Made by a program: the position numbers and the translations under genes. The notes beneath the pieces are model-generated. The model did no database searches. It worked only from the letters and a program-made list of their open reading frames with translations, and was not told the DNA's origin. A DNA stretch of 64,000 nt. It comes from a virus. Taxonomy: Duplodnaviria; Heunggongvirae; Uroviricota; Caudoviricetes. The stretch is taken from IMG/VR virus record IMGVR_UViG_3300028584_001240; one strand, written 5' to 3'. This document shows positions 60,913 through 64,000 of this stretch, in pieces. Within the stretch, counting starts at the first letter, position 1. Every line of letters starts with the position of its first letter.

Positions 60913-61692
60913 TCAAATATAAGACATTCTGATAAGATCAAGCTCTCTTTTATTAAACATCTTATTGGTTCTTAAAAAATGAGTAAAGCTACTACCATAC
61001 AGTTTAGTCACACTTATCTCACATGTTTTAAGAATATCACTCAGTAAAATAGATTCCAGTTCACCTGATTTAAAGACAAAATAATGCACATCATAAATAT
61101 TAACATCGTGTAAAGTGGTGCCATCTTCTTGAAGTATGCTTTTAATGGGGCGTTCAACCACCATAGGCACTGTGCCATTAATACCTTTCTGCAAAGGTCT
61201 GCAGTCTTCCAAGAAATACCAAATTTGGTCGATTTTAAACGTGGTATCATCAATTTCATATGACATGCTTTTTAAATAAAGATCTTTTAACAATCTTTTA
61301 GGTTTTGCAAATTTAATCATCCGTGGCAATCCTGACGGACTAAATGCTATGTTATATGACAAAGAATATTCGCTTCCTTTTTCAAAGGATGCACTAGTTA
61401 TTACAAAATAGGATTGCTCTTTTTTATCAACAACCGCCGAGGCAAGTTCAAGGACACATCCTTTGTTATTACTATATCTATAAATAATTTCATTAACTTC
61501 AAACCCAATATCATTAAAAAATTGATTGAGTTCATCCGTGTCCAAGTCAAACTTCAAGCAATAATTTGAACTTTCAATAATATTCATAACCAGCGGTTTG
61601 TATTCTTCACAGTTTTCTTTATTGATTAGATAATGATCAACATAATGAAATTCAATTCTAGATAAGTAATCTTCTTCAGTAGCTTCTGGCAT
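60913..61692 (-). CDS. C-terminal tail family protein, subfamily E paralog 1 (259 aa; ends ...KRELDLIRMSYI)
   Basis: Shares LQKGINGxxxMxxExP, NIYDVxY and DIL.xC blocks with the next two genes. Confidence 0.6.
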   Translation of the reverse strand: MPEATEEDYLSRIEFHYVDHYLINKENCEEYKPLVMNIIESSNYCLKFDLDTDELNQFFNDIGFEVNEIIYRYSNNKGCVLELASAVVDKKEQSYFVITSASFEKGSEYSLSYNIAFSPSGLPRMIKFAKPKRLLKDLYLKSMSYEIDDTTFKIDQIWYFLEDCRPLQKGINGTVPMVVERPIKSILQEDGTTLHDVNIYDVHYFVFKSGELESILLSDILKTCEISVTKLYGSSFTHFLRTNKMFNKRELDLIRMSYI

Positions 61693-61713
61693 ATTTAACT
61701 CCCTAAATCGTAT

Positions 61714-62496
61714 TTAGATATACATCATCTCAATGATATCCCGCTCTCTTTTAGTAAACATTTTAGACATAGTAAGAAAATCAGTGTAATCAGTGCCATA
61801 CATTCTAGCACAACTAAAATCACACTGTGTTAATATATCAATCAGTCGAACTTCCTTAGATTTACCATGTACAGTATAGTAAACATCATAGATATTTACA
61901 TTGTAAAATGACTGAGTGTTTTCAACAATTCTTTTTAATGGATGTTCAATAATCATTGTTATATAGCCATTAATACCTTTTTGTAGCTTTCTGTTATCGT
62001 TAAAACAATAACCAATTTGGTCGATCTTAAGAGTATCACAGTCTATGATATAATGAATAGATTTAAGGGTAAGTCCTTTCAATATTTTGTTTGCTGATTT
62101 AAATGTTCGAGAAACAGCAACACCTTGTAAATTGTAAGACGTAAAATAACTGTGAACGTAACGATCATTCTTAGTAAACTCAACCCATTGCAAGACATAG
62201 CGGTCTTGTACAACCTCACCCTCAATGACAGCAGTTAAATCAATCTCACATCCTTGGTTGTCATTGAATTTCAACGTATTTTCTTCAGATAAAAATCCAG
62301 ATAATGAGAGAAATTCATTCAATTGTGCTCGTTTTAAATCAAATTTTATGATGTAAGAATAATCTTTCAACATCTCAATGAGATTGTCTTTGTATTCATG
62401 CATATTATTTTCGTTAATAATATGTGTCTCCAAATAACGATATTCAATTTTGGCTTCTAACTTGGTAGGTTTTAGTGTATTCATAACAATCGTCAC
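61714..62496 (-). CDS. C-terminal tail family protein, subfamily E paralog 2 (260 aa; ends ...KRERDIIEMMYI)
   Basis: Paralog by eye. Confidence 0.6.
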   Translation of the reverse strand: MTIVMNTLKPTKLEAKIEYRYLETHIINENNMHEYKDNLIEMLKDYSYIIKFDLKRAQLNEFLSLSGFLSEENTLKFNDNQGCEIDLTAVIEGEVVQDRYVLQWVEFTKNDRYVHSYFTSYNLQGVAVSRTFKSANKILKGLTLKSIHYIIDCDTLKIDQIGYCFNDNRKLQKGINGYITMIIEHPLKRIVENTQSFYNVNIYDVYYTVHGKSKEVRLIDILTQCDFSCARMYGTDYTDFLTMSKMFTKRERDIIEMMYI

Positions 62497-62576
62497 TCAA
62501 TAATTCTTTGTATATTATACTATTTTACTTAATAAATCAATTGAAATGTTGATTTTCTTTTTTAATTTGTTATCCT

Positions 62577-63341
62577 ATGCCTAAGAAAAGGATACTGACC
62601 ATGAATATGAAAAAAGTTAAATTAGCAGACGTATTTGAAAAGTATGGCTCTCATTATATGGTGAAATATCATGCCAGTATAGAAAATGGTATTATTTTTG
62701 AAATTGAAAAAAAATTTGGACATTCTAGAGCTAAAAATACATTTTCGACGGAATATAATATTTTTACAACTTTTAATCCACTACTTGACGAAGATTACAA
62801 AAATCTAGTTGAATATCACAGTGAAGAAATCGCTCAACTAAATAAAGGTTCTTTCTTATCAACACTCATTAATAAAGATAAAAAAGAAAAAATTAAATAC
62901 CATCAAAACAGACTAGAAGCCTTAAATGAAGTGTATGCCACCAGCGAAAAAGATAGATATATCACCAATGAGAATGATGTTGTGGTTCTCTATACTTCTG
63001 AGATTAATGTAGGTGATCATTTGCATATTGTTGATTTAAGAAATAAAGAAGAAATTAACCTTGAAACAGTTTATGTAGATGAATTGGTTCCTTTTTTTGA
63101 TGATGATAAAAACATACGATTAAAAATAAACATAAGGGCTTTTAATGTTGATAAAGTTGAATTAGACAATATCAACTTCGTTGATAACTATTGTTCTCCA
63201 ATAACTGATTATCATGTATTTAATGATCGTGAAAAAGCTTATGATTTTTCAATAGAAGAACTCATGAAAAACGAATACAATGAAAACATAAAAATGAGAT
63301 TAAAGCTTGCCAAAAAGATAGACAATTTATTTGGATATTAG
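62577..63341 (+). CDS. hypothetical protein (254 aa)
   Basis: ORF table. No tail motif. Confidence 0.45.
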   Translation: MPKKRILTMNMKKVKLADVFEKYGSHYMVKYHASIENGIIFEIEKKFGHSRAKNTFSTEYNIFTTFNPLLDEDYKNLVEYHSEEIAQLNKGSFLSTLINKDKKEKIKYHQNRLEALNEVYATSEKDRYITNENDVVVLYTSEINVGDHLHIVDLRNKEEINLETVYVDELVPFFDDDKNIRLKINIRAFNVDKVELDNINFVDNYCSPITDYHVFNDREKAYDFSIEELMKNEYNENIKMRLKLAKKIDNLFGY

Positions 63342-64000
63342 ATATAAGTCATTTCGATGACTTTCAGTTCATCCTCATCAAAAACATTCTCAATATTCAT
63401 GAAGTGTTCCATATTATTGCCAATCAACCTATCAAAGCTAAAACCACATGTCTGAATAATATCAGATAAGGTGAAAGATCGAATACGATCTGTATCAGAA
63501 GTAATAATATAGACAATATCAAATATGGAGACATTGTTGAATAACTGATCATCAATAGTAATACTTAATAATGGTTCTTCTTCAATGCGATGAATATTAT
63601 AGTCAAGCTTATGTGCAAATGTTTTAAGCGAGTTTGAAGTATGTAATTCAATATGATTTAAATCGAAAAGATCGCATGAATGATGAATGCTTATGATATC
63701 ATACGTTTCTTTATCGAGTTTTATGACATAGTTAAAATCTACTGAGTATGTGCCCTTAGAATACTGTTCATATTGACTCTTGTAACTGATGTCAATTCTA
63801 TACATATGCTCAAATTCAAAAGAAATTCTTTTAACATTATCAGGGTAGTTAAGTGTTGATAAATAATAACCCTGTTTATGTTTAGGGGATGTACGGATAG
63901 ATAGAGTTAAGTGATAACCTGAACTATTCTTATAAATAGATCTTTCTTGTCGTTTAAAACCTAGCTTATTAAGAAATGAATCAATCTCGCCAACTGGCAA
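63338..64000 (-). CDS. C-terminal tail family protein, subfamily E paralog 3, 5' end outside window (ends ...DELKVIEMTYI)
   Basis: The ORF runs to the window edge. 4-nt overlap with the convergent gene. Confidence 0.55.
   Translation of the reverse strand: MPVGEIDSFLNKLGFKRQERSIYKNSSGYHLTLSIRTSPKHKQGYYLSTLNYPDNVKRISFEFEHMYRIDISYKSQYEQYSKGTYSVDFNYVIKLDKETYDIISIHHSCDLFDLNHIELHTSNSLKTFAHKLDYNIHRIEEEPLLSITIDDQLFNNVSIFDIVYIITSDTDRIRSFTLSDIIQTCGFSFDRLIGNNMEHFMNIENVFDEDELKVIEMTYI

Overview
This is a strongly AT-rich, very compact prokaryotic-style sequence. Gene starts are preceded by Shine-Dalgarno-like GGAG/GAGG motifs, many gene ends have GC-stem hairpins flanked by A- and T-tracts (bidirectional intrinsic terminators), some promoters match the sigma70 consensus, and one tRNA encodes its own CCA end. 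Only a minority of the roughly 85 ORFs look like known proteins: a bacterial-type TyrRS (HVGS/KFGKS motifs and a C-terminal S4 domain), SerRS, an N-terminally truncated ThrRS-like protein, NAD-dependent DNA ligase (KxDG, Cys4, BRCT), a SohB/SppA-type S49 peptidase, an SPFH/band-7 protein, a BI-1/YccA-family membrane protein, a Nudix hydrolase, a partial MazG-like protein, plus two tRNAs (Pro-UGG and probable Lys-UUU) and a degenerate tRNA-like remnant. The dominant and most unusual content is a set of about 36 ORFs, mostly 190-300 aa and arranged in long co-directional tandem arrays of several paralogous subfamilies. Their bodies are diverse, but nearly all end in the same short C-terminal tail, roughly [S/T/D]x[E/D][E/D]xxx-h-x-h-h-[E/K/D]-M-x-x-[I/V/Y]-COOH, with Met at -4 and a hydrophobic last residue. 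This looks like a large repertoire of cargo or effector-like proteins marked by a common, undescribed C-terminal recognition signal. A second highlight is a classic Thr-codon leader-peptide attenuator (MKLFAVNTTTTTTQ... followed by a terminator with an alternative antiterminator pairing) immediately upstream of the editing-domain-less ThrRS-like gene. The mix of aaRS genes, tRNAs, MazG, Nudix, ligase, an S49 protease, many hypothetical proteins and start/stop-overlapping gene blocks fits a jumbo bacteriophage or large mobile genome at least as well as a reduced host-associated bacterial chromosome. I cannot decide between these from sequence alone. GC content and similarity searches were not computed.
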